Assembly (NCBI RefSeq): GCF_052425735.1 | Contig: NC_135763.1 | Location: forward strand, 35,278,001 to 35,342,000 | Direction of reading: 5' to 3' | DNA from: Oculina patagonica | Lineage: Eukaryota | DNA: 64,000 nucleotides | Shown: positions 38,187 through 49,660 of the stretch, in pieces | Layout: the number at the start of each line of letters is the position of its first letter | Position numbering within the stretch: position 1 is the stretch's first letter | Position numbers and translations under genes: made by a program | The notes under the pieces: generated by a model | Databases searched by the model: none | Told to the model about the DNA's origin: nothing | The model's input: only the letters and a program-made list of their open reading frames with translations

Positions 38187-38791
38187 ATGGAGAATAAATC
38201 GTCAAGGAAATTGCCGGATAAACATGGCGGAAGGCACGAATTCGAAAGTGAGAATTATCACAGCGAAAACAAAACTACTACTGTTGATAATAACCACAAG
38301 AGCGATCAAACAAGCTCCCAGCATACGTCTGGCCGCGCAATCTCAAATTTTCGACACTTAGTTAATGTTTATCACACCATTGAGAAGAATGGTTTCACAG
38401 TTGATAGTAAACCATCCCAAGATGCTCCAGACAATTCTGACACGGAATGCGAGTCTAATGATGAAACACAAGATCACAAGAGACGAGTTGTGTTAAAGGG
38501 AGCCGATTCAAGCGAAAGGGACTCTTGTGTTCTCAGCGAATCTGTCAACGTCGTTCGTATTTTTATGAAAGGAATCCATTACTCGATCCGAGATTTACCC
38601 GCCTTATCGAGCAACTTGTTCCTGTGAGGAATGGGATACAAGTAGACAAGAAGAAGTTTTCCTCTGTAAGGAAAGAAAACGTTTCTGATAATAGCGACGG
38701 AATATGCTTCAAAGACCTCTGCCTTAACGAAACTTGTCGGTTAGTGTTTAAAATCATGAATAAGGGGAATGATGATCATCCCAAGAAATGA
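38187..38791 (+). pseudogene. Cluster gene 10: DPRF-family member split by a frameshift (pseudogene or assembly error)
   Basis: Frame 1 (38187..38627) has SNFRHLVN. The family motif LDPRFTRLIEQLVP (38582-38623) is in a different frame, open from 38465 to the stop at 38791. Confidence 0.7.
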
Positions 38792-38895
38792 AATGTGCAT
38801 GCGACAAAATTATTAATTTTAGTGAAATGTTTAAGCTTGCTATATGTTAATCAAGTTCATAATGCACGCGGGAAACAAGGAGAGCACGAGAGATA

Positions 38896-39315
38896 CCCTG
38901 GAGGGAAGTACTCCCATAAATTTTGGATAGGGGTGGGTCGCGAAGGTTCTTAAACCCTGACCCTATTTAAGGATAAAGAAAAGAAAAATTGATACCCTTT
39001 TTAAGGCCCAAAACCGAAAAATGACACCTTATTCAAGGGGAGGAGAAGCGTTCCATGACGACCCAAATAACGGCTAACCGCGCACGACAAAACACAAATC
39101 TTTATAAAATTGCTTTACTAATACTCGTACGGATAGTTCAGTGTTAAGATACCTGTTTTTTCGTTCGGGGCGTTTATTTTAGCTGATAGAATTTAGGTAC
39201 CCTATCTAAGGATCACACCGGGAGCACAACGCCAAATGGAGCAAAAACCATACCCTATCCCGGCCAGACGCACATACCTATATAGCCCATATATGGGAGT
39301 ACCCCCTCCCCCGGG
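38896..39315. mobile_element. MITE with CCC.GG..GTACTCCCATA termini
   Basis: CCCTGGAGGGAAGTACTCCCATA at left; TATGGGAGTACCCCCTCCCCCGGG at right (imperfect TIR). Confidence 0.6.
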
Positions 39316-40261
39316 GGAATCAGTCTCGAACTGATTGCCATGAAAGTGAAAATTTAAAGTTTCTGTGTTTCTAATTTAACGAAATAGTCCGCAAAATTAG
39401 CACACGTTAGTCACCAACACTGAGCCGTTAGACGAACGAACGAAGTTGCAGAAGAGACCAAGGTTGTTTATCATTTACAAAAACAAAAACAAAAACAAAA
39501 AATTCTGGAAATTTCTGCTCGGAATTTCCGTTCGGTCCTCTTTAAAGATTCCCCGGAGAACCCGCCTTTTTTGTTGAGGCACAAAACTTAACATGGCCGT
39601 TAATAGCAGTTTACGAATTTCCATTTGGAACGTCCCAACTAGGAAAACAGAATACCTGTTCTCGATAATTTAAAAAAGCTGAGTACATTGATTTTTATTC
39701 ACTAGCCCTTTATTCGTTAGTTATTGTTTAATCAGAAATTGCATCACTTGTAACATATTGTATAACTATAAGGTTCAGTTGCAAGAGATCTTTGAGTTTT
39801 TCAAAGATCCCACACATTACTAATAAAAAAATTACAATAAATGGGCGCTTTTTCAAGTTACATTTGCCATCCTTAATATTACAGTCTTGTGCACATCTAT
39901 GTAAATGATGCTGTATTTGCTGTATATTTATCTTAAGCAAGTTTTTATGCCTATAATAAAATGTTTTATTTGTTAGATTTTCTGATAGATTGTTTCTTAT
40001 TTGTGCTCCTCTGTATCTTTCCTGCAATTTTAGCGCCAGGATACTGGCGATGCAAAGTTTTTGCTTAAAATCGGGGACTCGGTGACTCTAGATAAACGCT
40101 AGATTGCAATTCGACCGAAACGTATTAACAGACTAATTCCGCTGAGTGAGGTAAATAAATGATCACGGAATTTCTAATGAGCCATTAACCGAGGTGGGAA
40201 TATGACGTAATCTTCAAGAGCCAATTGATATGTATGTATTAACACATTTCGACTGTTTTGT

Positions 40262-40480
40262 GGGAGCCCTGGTAGCCTAATGCTTAGTTGGTTGGACTTC
40301 GTATATTGAGAGTTGGTTGTTCGAGCCTTACTAGGGCCCGAGTCACCCGAGTGTTGTGTTCTCACAGTACTCTATCTACCGAGAGGTATAAATAGGCACC
40401 GACGAAATGACAGTGCCGGCAACCTGACAGAATGCTGCGTGTCGACGTCTGTGATAGAGCAACATCCCATCCGGAGGGAG
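40262..40480 (+). mobile_element. Degenerate tRNA-derived SINE remnant
   Basis: GGTAGCCTAATG..GTTCGAGCC boxes followed by a GTGTTGTGTTCT..GGTATAAATAGGCACC core-like segment. Confidence 0.45.
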
Positions 40481-40589
40481 TAACTTGAGTTTGGCCGCGA
40501 CAACTTCATACTACTTGAGTTAAGCGTCCACGTTTTGAGCTACCATGTTCCGTAAAAGAATGCAGACACGGTATTTTTAACATGCATGT

Positions 40590-41291
40590 TTAGCAATCAA
40601 TAGGTGCCATAGGTGTCAGTGAGCGTAACAGGCTTTGAAATCTTGGGTCAAGTTTTGCATCCAATGATGAAAGTTGACTCTTTACTTCGACAGCCTTTGA
40701 TATTGTACTGGGCCGTACATTGGAATGATTGGATCTTCCTCTTGCAGGAATCGAGTCCGCACCTCTACGGCTCATTACGCTAGCTACTCCATTTGAGGAC
40801 TCCTTCAGTTTGAATTCTTTTACCGTTTGGTGAGTTTCTAAGTTTTTCATCCAAATGAAACTCTCAGACTTCTTTTCTCTCGTGTTAAAGAGTTTAAGCT
40901 TTCCAATGCTTAATACTTTTCTCGTCGGTTCGTTTTTCCAATAACTTATGCTAACGGGACTCATTCTCTCTAAGTATTCTAAATATCGTAACTTTTCTCT
41001 GTGAAACTTCCAGCCATTCAGCTTCCTTTCTTCAGCTCCGTCCTTCTTGAGTTTAGCAAGACCCTTTACTTTCTCTAATCGTTCCTCCTTCGTTAGATTT
41101 TTGTCAGCACAATCCTTACGCTGTTCACTTATCTCATACATTAATGGACGATTCCTCGCTATTTGCACGAACCTCAGAACTTTGAGAAGTTTGTTCACAA
41201 CATGTTGAAACGATTTTCTTCTCTTTGGTTTCGGCCAAACAGGCGAAACATGCACAACAGATTTAGAATTTGAACTTAATAACTCTGCCAT
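40590..41291 (-). CDS. Cluster gene 11: HVxPxWP / CaM-binding-like helix / DPRF family
   Basis: ORF 40590..41336, ATG at 41291; HVSPVWP-KRRKSFQHVVNKLLKVLRFVQ; LDPRFQSLLRSLTP (DPRF at 40638-40649). Confidence 0.85.
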   Translation of the reverse strand: MAELLSSNSKSVVHVSPVWPKPKRRKSFQHVVNKLLKVLRFVQIARNRPLMYEISEQRKDCADKNLTKEERLEKVKGLAKLKKDGAEERKLNGWKFHREKLRYLEYLERMSPVSISYWKNEPTRKVLSIGKLKLFNTREKKSESFIWMKNLETHQTVKEFKLKESSNGVASVMSRRGADSIPARGRSNHSNVRPSTISKAVEVKSQLSSLDAKLDPRFQSLLRSLTPMAPIDC

Positions 41292-42291
41292 ATTAAAAGC
41301 TTTTTCGTACACGGCGAGGTCGAGTAATGAAAACACGACTACTTATCACGAAGGCCCTTTTATTTACCAGATGTACGTGTATTGGACTGACATCATAAAT
41401 TTGGCTTAATCCTTTGTAGCATTATGTTTTGGTAATCCTCATTAAATATGCTGTTGTCTTCTAATGTTTTAACGCTCATTTAAATAAAAAATATTGGTGA
41501 CGCAAATGAAGTAAGCACGTAATATGATTTAGACATTTATGAGTCAAACTGGCAAACAATTTCGCACGACTTTATCAGTATATATTGCATCTTATCAAAG
41601 ACCTTTGGTAATAAGGCTTACCTCTTGCGTTTGTTTGATCTTAAAACATCAAAGTTAGTTTCAATATCCACAAATGAAGGGTCTAATTGTAAAGACCAAA
41701 ACAGGTCATATGAGGAGCACATGCTCATATTTCACCGGAATTACTAGACTTTTGCGGAATGCAGATAACTAATAGCCCTTGTATAAGGCTTTTACAGAAG
41801 ACTAAAAACTCAGTTAAGTTAGTATGATAGGAATACAAAACATTTTGTATTTTGGATTGTAAATTCAGCACTGTACTCGCCTCTTCCAAAAGTAAATGTA
41901 CCTTTGCATAACAATCTCGTGTAAGTCCAAAGAGAATAATAGGTCAGGTGACTTAAACTGGTTCCCAGGGCCTTCGAGTCTCTTATTCGTCCCAGAGGCT
42001 GTTTGGTGTGGGGACCAGGGGTAGGGGTGGAATGAAAAGGGGCCTAAGGGAGCTGCGGTCATAAGTTTAGCTGTTTATAATCGATCTATGCCAATTTTGG
42101 AATACGTCACAATTTGAATTTTTAAATGAAAATACTCTTTTATTATATCACGTACAGCACGTTTTTGTAATAAAATTGCGTCAAACAAAGTTATAACTAT
42201 GTCAGCAATTACACAGTTCATTTTGGCATTTTTGACAGGTGTTTTAGTAACCACGGCTAAGCTTAGCAACAATCTTTCTTTGGTTCACTTG

Positions 42292-43176
42292 TTAAATGTA
42301 AAAGGTAGTTGGAACATTTTTCTCGTTGTACTTTGGCTCCATGGTTTCCAGCCATTTCTCATGCAAACTCTTCCCACTTAATCTGCTTTGTAAAGTTCTT
42401 TCTCTCCCTTTAGTCGAACTAATGTTTCGACCCGTACCTATGTTTCTGAATTCTGTTTCACTTCTGTTTGACGGGGGTACAAGAGATGTCAGCAATCGTT
42501 CGAAGCGAGGGTCATTAACTGGCCGTTTAGCTTCTTTGTCGTTTCTGTATATTTGTGGCAAATAAATCGCATCATTTCTTTGTGGAAAACCAACCTCGTC
42601 CTCATTACTTCGTCTGGGCGTATGAGCCTTGCTAAGGTTTCTATGTTGATCTTTCGTTGATGTACTATCCTCAATTTTCAAAGTATCTCGGAGTTTCTCG
42701 GTGGTCATTTGCAAGTCTCTTATGAGCGTTTGGCTTGCGAAATTGTTTGAATTTCCCTTGGTGACGACCATGCTCGTTCTAGGTAGTTTTTGCCATTCTC
42801 GTAACTTGCACCAAGCGTTTTTCTTTCTTTCTTCCCTGAGAAAGGCCTCCATTTGAATCTCGTAAATGCGCTGATGTTTTTTCCTTTGTTCCTCGTGAAA
42901 ATTTCTGGTGAGAGTTACGATATTGTCTTCATCGTCCACCTTCTCGGCCACTTCCGACACGAAATCTTTGAAAGTCGGATTTATACTTTGTAGAAATTTA
43001 AAAAGGATCATTTTATTTCGCACGAGCCGCCGGAAATTTGCTCGTCTCGCTTTCACATTTTCAATTCTCTTCTCTGGAGGCCAAATCGGAGTAACATGTG
43101 GAATTAAAGGGAAAATGACTTCTTCTGTGCTGTTCAAGTTCATTGCAATTATTTCCCTTCTTGATTGCACCGCCAT
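42292..43176 (-). CDS. Cluster gene 12: tandem paralog of gene 11
   Basis: ORF 42292..43197, ATG at 43176; HVTPIWP, RRANFRRLVRNKMILFKFLQ, YLPQIY, NDPRFERLLTSLVP (DPRF at 42502-42513). Confidence 0.85.
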   Translation of the reverse strand: MAVQSRREIIAMNLNSTEEVIFPLIPHVTPIWPPEKRIENVKARRANFRRLVRNKMILFKFLQSINPTFKDFVSEVAEKVDDEDNIVTLTRNFHEEQRKKHQRIYEIQMEAFLREERKKNAWCKLREWQKLPRTSMVVTKGNSNNFASQTLIRDLQMTTEKLRDTLKIEDSTSTKDQHRNLSKAHTPRRSNEDEVGFPQRNDAIYLPQIYRNDKEAKRPVNDPRFERLLTSLVPPSNRSETEFRNIGTGRNISSTKGRERTLQSRLSGKSLHEKWLETMEPKYNEKNVPTTFYI

Positions 43177-46100
43177 ATTTCTTAATATACTTTTCACTTC
43201 GCGGGAGAGAGATTAATATATTTGCGTCCAGAAGCTATTGTTCAAAATCTGCTTAGAAACAAAAGCCCCATTATAAAGACAATAATTTAGCAAAGACCAG
43301 CTAGGTCAATATGAATTTACACTGTTTGGCGTCCAATAATTTTTTCCTAAGATTATAGGTTTTTGTCGGTGTTGTATTTTGTTGTGTTCGTTAACAGCAA
43401 TTACTTTAACAGATTTCGATTAACGTAGTATCAATAAAACTAACGAACAAACTCATGTGATTGGCGGAAAGCAAACTTTAGACCATGGTTCACTTATCTG
43501 GTGTCGCAAAAGCAAATAAAACTTTAATAATATTTTCTTGGTAGGCGCATTATTTCAGAACTGTTATTTGCACGTCTAACAATTAATTACAATAATTCAC
43601 GGACGAAATTCAATAACACTCTTGTGCGAACAAATTTTGTTGTGAAATTAATGTTATGGCGAGCTTCCAAAAAATGAAAACAGTATTTTTCAGTAAGAAA
43701 TTTTGTTATTTTATCTATCTCACAATTTTAGCACAAGCTTAATTCAGAGCCTTTCAGTGTTAAAAACGCCTTTCAATGTTAACATGATCGGACTACTGAA
43801 CAATGGATTAAATTATTTATATTCTGTCAAGTTCCGCTCATTTACTTTCGTCTGTTCTGGGTCGCCTCTGTGTCGCTCTGCTAACTAAAATTTTCCTTAA
43901 ACTTAAATTCAGTTCGATGCTTTTAAATTGCCCAAATTACCGGCCAAAAACTATAATGCGTGGATTGCAGGTGGCATGCACTGAATAAAATAGCTTTCGT
44001 GCATGGAAGAGACAGAATTTTAAATTTTGACAGTATCTTTAAAAAAGTTTGACAGTACCCTTTTTGACAGTATCTTTAAAAGGGGCTTTATCACGAATTT
44101 TAACAGATTTTTGAACAGCTAAAATTTATATTTGTGTCGTAGAAACATAAAAATAACATGAAAATATTAAAGGACCGCAGCCACCACACCTTCACACTCG
44201 GAATATTTTATCTTTTTACATTTTTACCCGTCGAAGGCTGTAGTTCAAACAGCCGAAAGCTTGTATTTTTAAAGTTTTTAAGCCAGAGATCGTTTTCAAA
44301 ATTTTATAATAAAAATAACAGTCCATTTCTATTGACAACTGCTTTATTAGAGCACTGAAACTGTAGTTAATAAGCGTCTTTGGCTGCAGATGGCTAGGAT
44401 AGAAATGAATTACAACTTGAAAAATTGAGGCTAAATGTTCAAGTTAAAATCAATAATATTACATTCTACTAAAATTAAAATAAAAAGTTGGATAATCTAA
44501 TAATCTTAATCCTAATAATCTTAGACATCATGTAACACAGCGTTGAATTTCCCAACTCGGTTTTTTAAAATCACCGCTTTGTCATAGCGAATAAGCTGGA
44601 CTGTGAGTCCACACGAAACATTCTTGGAAAAACGATTCTAATTAACTGAGAAATGCATTCCCAACGCCATGGATACTTTTTATTTTGCTGCAAGGTCGTT
44701 TGTTTTTATTTTCTATAACAATGCACTCGACGTAAACCTTGAGAACATTAGTAAGGGAACCTTCCCCCAGCTATGTGGTTTTGACACACTTATAAAGTTT
44801 TTCATTCATTAGCGAATCTCCACAATAAGAAATAAAACGAAATGTAGTGGATCAAGGGATCAACCGTCTTCTTGTTTATAAAGTGTACTGTCTTGACAAT
44901 GAGCTCCACATAGTTGCATGGGAGGTGGGGGTTAACGAAAAATTAAATTTCTAGAAGGTATGCATGGATTTGCGATTGTTATTTAGCAACCCTTTGCTCA
45001 CGAAATGCCCTATAACCTCCTGAGAGAAGCCCTTTGACCTCTACGCGAGGCGGGGCTTTTGGCTGAAGCAAATTTTGCGGTGGCTTTGGGGTGGCTTTAG
45101 TTAATTGTCCGTGTTTAAAAGAAATTTGTTCTAATTGGTAAGAAAACGATTTTGATTAAAAACATACTGAGTAAATCACCTGGAAGCTATATACTGTATA
45201 CAAGGGTCAAGTGTAAAATACTCAGAGATTATGTGCTCTTATTGGTCTATTCATTTCATCACTGAAGCAATAGACTACGCATTTCAAAAGAGACAATTAC
45301 TTTATTTCACATAATCAGTAAAAGAATACACATATCGATAAAAAGATTAAGAGCTTAAAAAAACACAGATGTTATCCTTATATAAAAAAGTAAATAAAAT
45401 ATCTTTGTGTTGGCGAGAATGGCGTCTTAAAATCATTTCATCTAGGTAGCCTTTGCTCTAAATCATTTCAATGATCCCTCATCGTTGCTAAAACCTATTT
45501 AGGATGTTGAAATGACTCACGAAAATCTCTCTTATCTTACTAGCCTATGGCTCGTCATTTAACACTAAACTCCGCTTATCTAGTGTTTTTAAGCTAACAT
45601 CACTCATAATCACGGTGTGGATAAATCATAAATTACGTAATCTAATACTTAAACTAATTTGGGGACACATCAATAGACAGATATAAACACTAAGCAGCGT
45701 TCTTCATTTGTTCCGTACTGTTGTATTGGTTTTTTGTTGTTTCACTAGGAGACCAAGCAAAGTATAGAAGAGCTTTAAAAAAGAACGTTAAGCATAGTTA
45801 TATGTTAATGAACGGTTGCCTCCCTTTCCACACTTTGAAATCCCATATATGGCAACCTATCTGGCTGCCAGGTTATTCTTAGACTACGTATAAATAGAAA
45901 TGCTGTTTTCCGGGCATCATTTTGAATTATATTTCTTCTGTTTTGCTGCATCGTAAAACAATGCTTTTAAAAACATAGAACGGTTTTTCTTAATTTATTT
46001 TTCAAATATACCGACCACCCACAGCTGTTTTCGTATGCCAACAATTGTTTCGATTTAATAACGAATCCTAATCCCTGTGTTTTCCGATTATCAAAACACG

Positions 46101-46615
46101 ATAATCTGCTGAAACAGAACCAGCTAGACGTTTATCTGTCTGGCGTTCTCCCGTAGCGTTTTTATAAAAGTTTGCGGTGAAAACAACATTGCATAATAAA
46201 ATAATGATGTCTTGAATGAAAGCTTGAAATTGGAAGTCGTGCAGCGCGCATGCGTCGTCATTCATGCAACAACATCTGCCGTTTTAAAATAGATTTCCTT
46301 AGTGTTGTTTACAAGAAATTACGACGGGGGAAGCAATACAAATTTAAGCAAAACTCGGCTGTGTTTAGTCCTGTTTCGCGTAAATTACGAAGAGAAACCG
46401 TTTGCGTGAGGTAGGTTTAATAGCATAAATGGAAGATAATTATATCTGTTGAGGTGTCAAAGATAGGTTATGTATATTGTCTAATTTTTAAATAGCGCCT
46501 TGAAAATTGATACATTCAAATCACACATAGCATTATTTGCATGGTGTAACAGCGCCGGTCAATAGCCTTATGTATATTTGCATTTATGATCTTTTGAAAG
46601 GAAGTTTTTGCAAGT

Positions 46616-47464
46616 ATGGGCAAGAAAAAAACAAAGGGACATCGAAAGGCATCTCGCAGTGACAAGCGAATGCAAAAACTTTACAACGATGCGATAAAAG
46701 AAGTAAAGAAAAGAAATATTAACTTGGACGACTTGCCGGCTAAAAACGCTGACGATGTCGATGAAGCCAGCGAGGAACGTGAGGAGGACGAGCACCTTGA
46801 CACACAGAAGACGAGAAAAAAGCCAAAACAAGTCCTCAAAGAAACACTGACGAAACAAGAACAGTTAAGAAAGCCTAGAGTTTCACTTTCTGTACCGGTG
46901 TCAAAGCTCGTTCCTTTCAAACCAGATGAAAAAGGATTAGAATTTCCTAGAGACTTCCGCCGAGACCCAACATCTCTATCGTGGATTCCGCGTAATTCGC
47001 CGGGATTCCCGCTGTTTGCACCTGAACAATACAATGCAAGACGATCACCCAGTTCTGAATATGGTGATGAATTTGAGAAAACTATTTCTTGCAATGATCT
47101 CCCTGCACAAAGCAATGATCTAAGCGTCGACGAAATTTTGCAGGTGTTGCCTCTTCGTATTGGGGACGAAGACAGTGAGTGCCTGCCAGAGGCGAGCACC
47201 CGCTCATCACAGCTCCCGCCAATTTACCGTCAAGATTTATGGCAGGAAACTATGCGCCGAGCGTCAACGTCTTCGCGCTCAATTCCCGCCAAACAGGACG
47301 CGTGGAGCATTCGTGATCCAGCGTCATTGATGGTTGGGAGACAAGAGCTTTATTCAAGAGAAAAATTCAGGTCAACCATCAGTCTCGCTGAGAGACGATT
47401 CCGCTTGAGAGCTGCAAGCTCCAGCGCCGTGTTGCCTTCAAGGGACGAATGTTTTAACCTATAA
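46616..47464 (+). CDS. Cluster gene 13: disordered protein with LPPI motif and RRxS sites
   Basis: 282-aa ATG ORF; basic N-terminus, acidic patch, QLPPIYR, RRAS, RKAS. Confidence 0.8.
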   Translation: MGKKKTKGHRKASRSDKRMQKLYNDAIKEVKKRNINLDDLPAKNADDVDEASEEREEDEHLDTQKTRKKPKQVLKETLTKQEQLRKPRVSLSVPVSKLVPFKPDEKGLEFPRDFRRDPTSLSWIPRNSPGFPLFAPEQYNARRSPSSEYGDEFEKTISCNDLPAQSNDLSVDEILQVLPLRIGDEDSECLPEASTRSSQLPPIYRQDLWQETMRRASTSSRSIPAKQDAWSIRDPASLMVGRQELYSREKFRSTISLAERRFRLRAASSSAVLPSRDECFNL

Positions 47465-47943
47465 AAGATACCGGCTGTAGTGTAATTATGGGCGAATTTT
47501 ACTTAGGAGTTCCTCTATTTGTAACCAAACGTCTACCCTACAAATGGTGATGCATACTGTCCCATGCCACTACTGGAACAACGCAATCACAGTATGCAAC
47601 ACTGGTACTGACAAGAAAATAAAAGACAACGGTCGCTTCCAGTGGATTCACGGAGTGATTCTAAAATTTTTACTTTTAACTCATAACGTTTTTAAATCCA
47701 GCTATGTTCATCTGATAAACAACTCCTTTCAGATTTTTACAGTGTGTACAGCAACATATATAGCCAACCTTCTTTCTCATTTTACTGATAACTCGGAACT
47801 CTGGAACTCTCTACCAAAGGCTTATTTTAATTTTTTCTAGTCTATAAAACGTTGTATATGTTATTTACTATTGTAATATTTACTTCTGTTATATATTAGT
47901 TTATTTGAAAGGGCAATGGGAATTTTGATTTAAAAATTTTCAA

Positions 47944-47996
<53 letters not shown>
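47944..47996. repeat. (CAT)n microsatellite, possibly the tail of a LINE remnant (WNSLP near 47800)
   Basis: About 17 CAT units; a degenerate ELWNSLP peptide upstream. Confidence 0.85.
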
Positions 47997-49660
47997 GTCA
48001 ACACTGTTCCAACTCAGTGATGATTTCTTATCTTCAATCTTCAAGGTCAATATTGACTTAAAATTCCGGTAGAAAAAAGTCGTATTTACTTGGGCGTTTC
48101 TTAGTCTTCACAATAATTGACAGAATAATGTTAATAACAAGCAATCAATCTCTAAAATTCGGAAAGTTTCTTAACTTAATGTAACTAACTCACGGATTGA
48201 AGGCAAATTTAGACATACGAAACGGCCACCGAATTGAGTGATATATAAATAAAACCAGTAAAAACATTGAAAGAACATTTCAATATAACGCAGCAAATAC
48301 AAATAAAGGGCACAACGGCAAACATTTAAGAAGATTAAAGCACATTGCAATATGGGCTTTTGTAAAACTGCTAGGCTTTGGACCTATTTGTTTGTAATGA
48401 AGCTATGGTTTTGCCATTTAGATACGTAGGAGCAATTTCTAATAAAACTGGGCGTGTGATAAAACAATACATCTCCATTCAAGACCTTGGAGAAAACTGA
48501 TAGGACTCCGTATGGACTCAAGATGAAGAAATACTAGTGGCTTCATCTTTAGTAAAAAGTGTGTGGGGGTTTATTAAAGATGACCCTTTTTTAATAATAC
48601 TCAGACTTGTTTTTAAATAAAAAAATAAATAAGTATAAGTACCTGATTACTGCAGTACGTTTCTGAGCAAGCTTGGATAAAATTGCGGAAAGCGGAAAGG
48701 ATGAAAAGAACGGTGTGCTGACAGAGGACCCACTGGGTGTTTCGGTCGGAAAAGAATTCCCTTACGTTGTTTTACAAACCAGTTAAAAGTACGAGAGGAT
48801 TTTTATGCAAGTCAAGTTTATTAGTTTATAAGGTTTTTGTTCTATTAAGATGACACAATTTCTGTTAGTAAAGACGTCATATGACGTTGTTAAATCCGCC
48901 ATCTTGGATTTCACTATTTTCTCTCAGTCTGAAAATAGTGGAAACTGATACAAAATCAAGCCAGAATGCTAAATGAAATATATAAAATGTGCTTATTCTG
49001 CACTCCTTCATAAGAAGACTGGAAAAATTAAAGAATTATGTCAAAAAAGGCGAAATTTGGCCAAACTTGCAGCCTTAATGCGGTTGCCAAGACAGCGTCA
49101 AAAATCAATAACACACAGAGGGATTTGTGAACATTGAAAATTGCAAAAAAAAACCTAGAAAGAGGGGGCGTCCAAAGTCAGTATAACGGTAATTCCTCAT
49201 ACCCATAGCTTTAAGAGCACCTCAAATAACGGCTGTTTCTAAGTTTTTTCAAATTGATGGCAGTTACGGTCACACCAGGAAATTAGATTTTAAAACAGTG
49301 CTATGGAGAAAGAGTGCATTTTACTACCGAGTTGAATTATTGAAATACAATATCAAATGCAAAATATTTGGAGGGAATGCTTCTTTTTGCCCCATGCTGG
49401 GCAAGTTAGTTTCTACAATATGTGACTGGATTGTTTCGACAGTCTGCGCAGTTGATCTTTAAAAAATGCCCGAATACAAATACAGAAGCATAAAGAATTA
49501 GGAAGATATTTTTAAATCTGATCGATCAATTAATTACTGCAATAATAAATTTACTTACAAAGACTGATTCAATCTGAAAACGATGTCAACAATGTTTATT
49601 ACTGCTTTTGAAGTATTCCCTTAAGACCATTCCTTAACTTATTGCATGCCTCCAGTTGCG

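Noticed and set aside
43180-43197. SILK-like PP1 motif KSILR at the start of ORF 42292..43197
   Set aside because: Lies upstream of the first ATG (43176) in a GTG-initiated extension, so probably untranslated.
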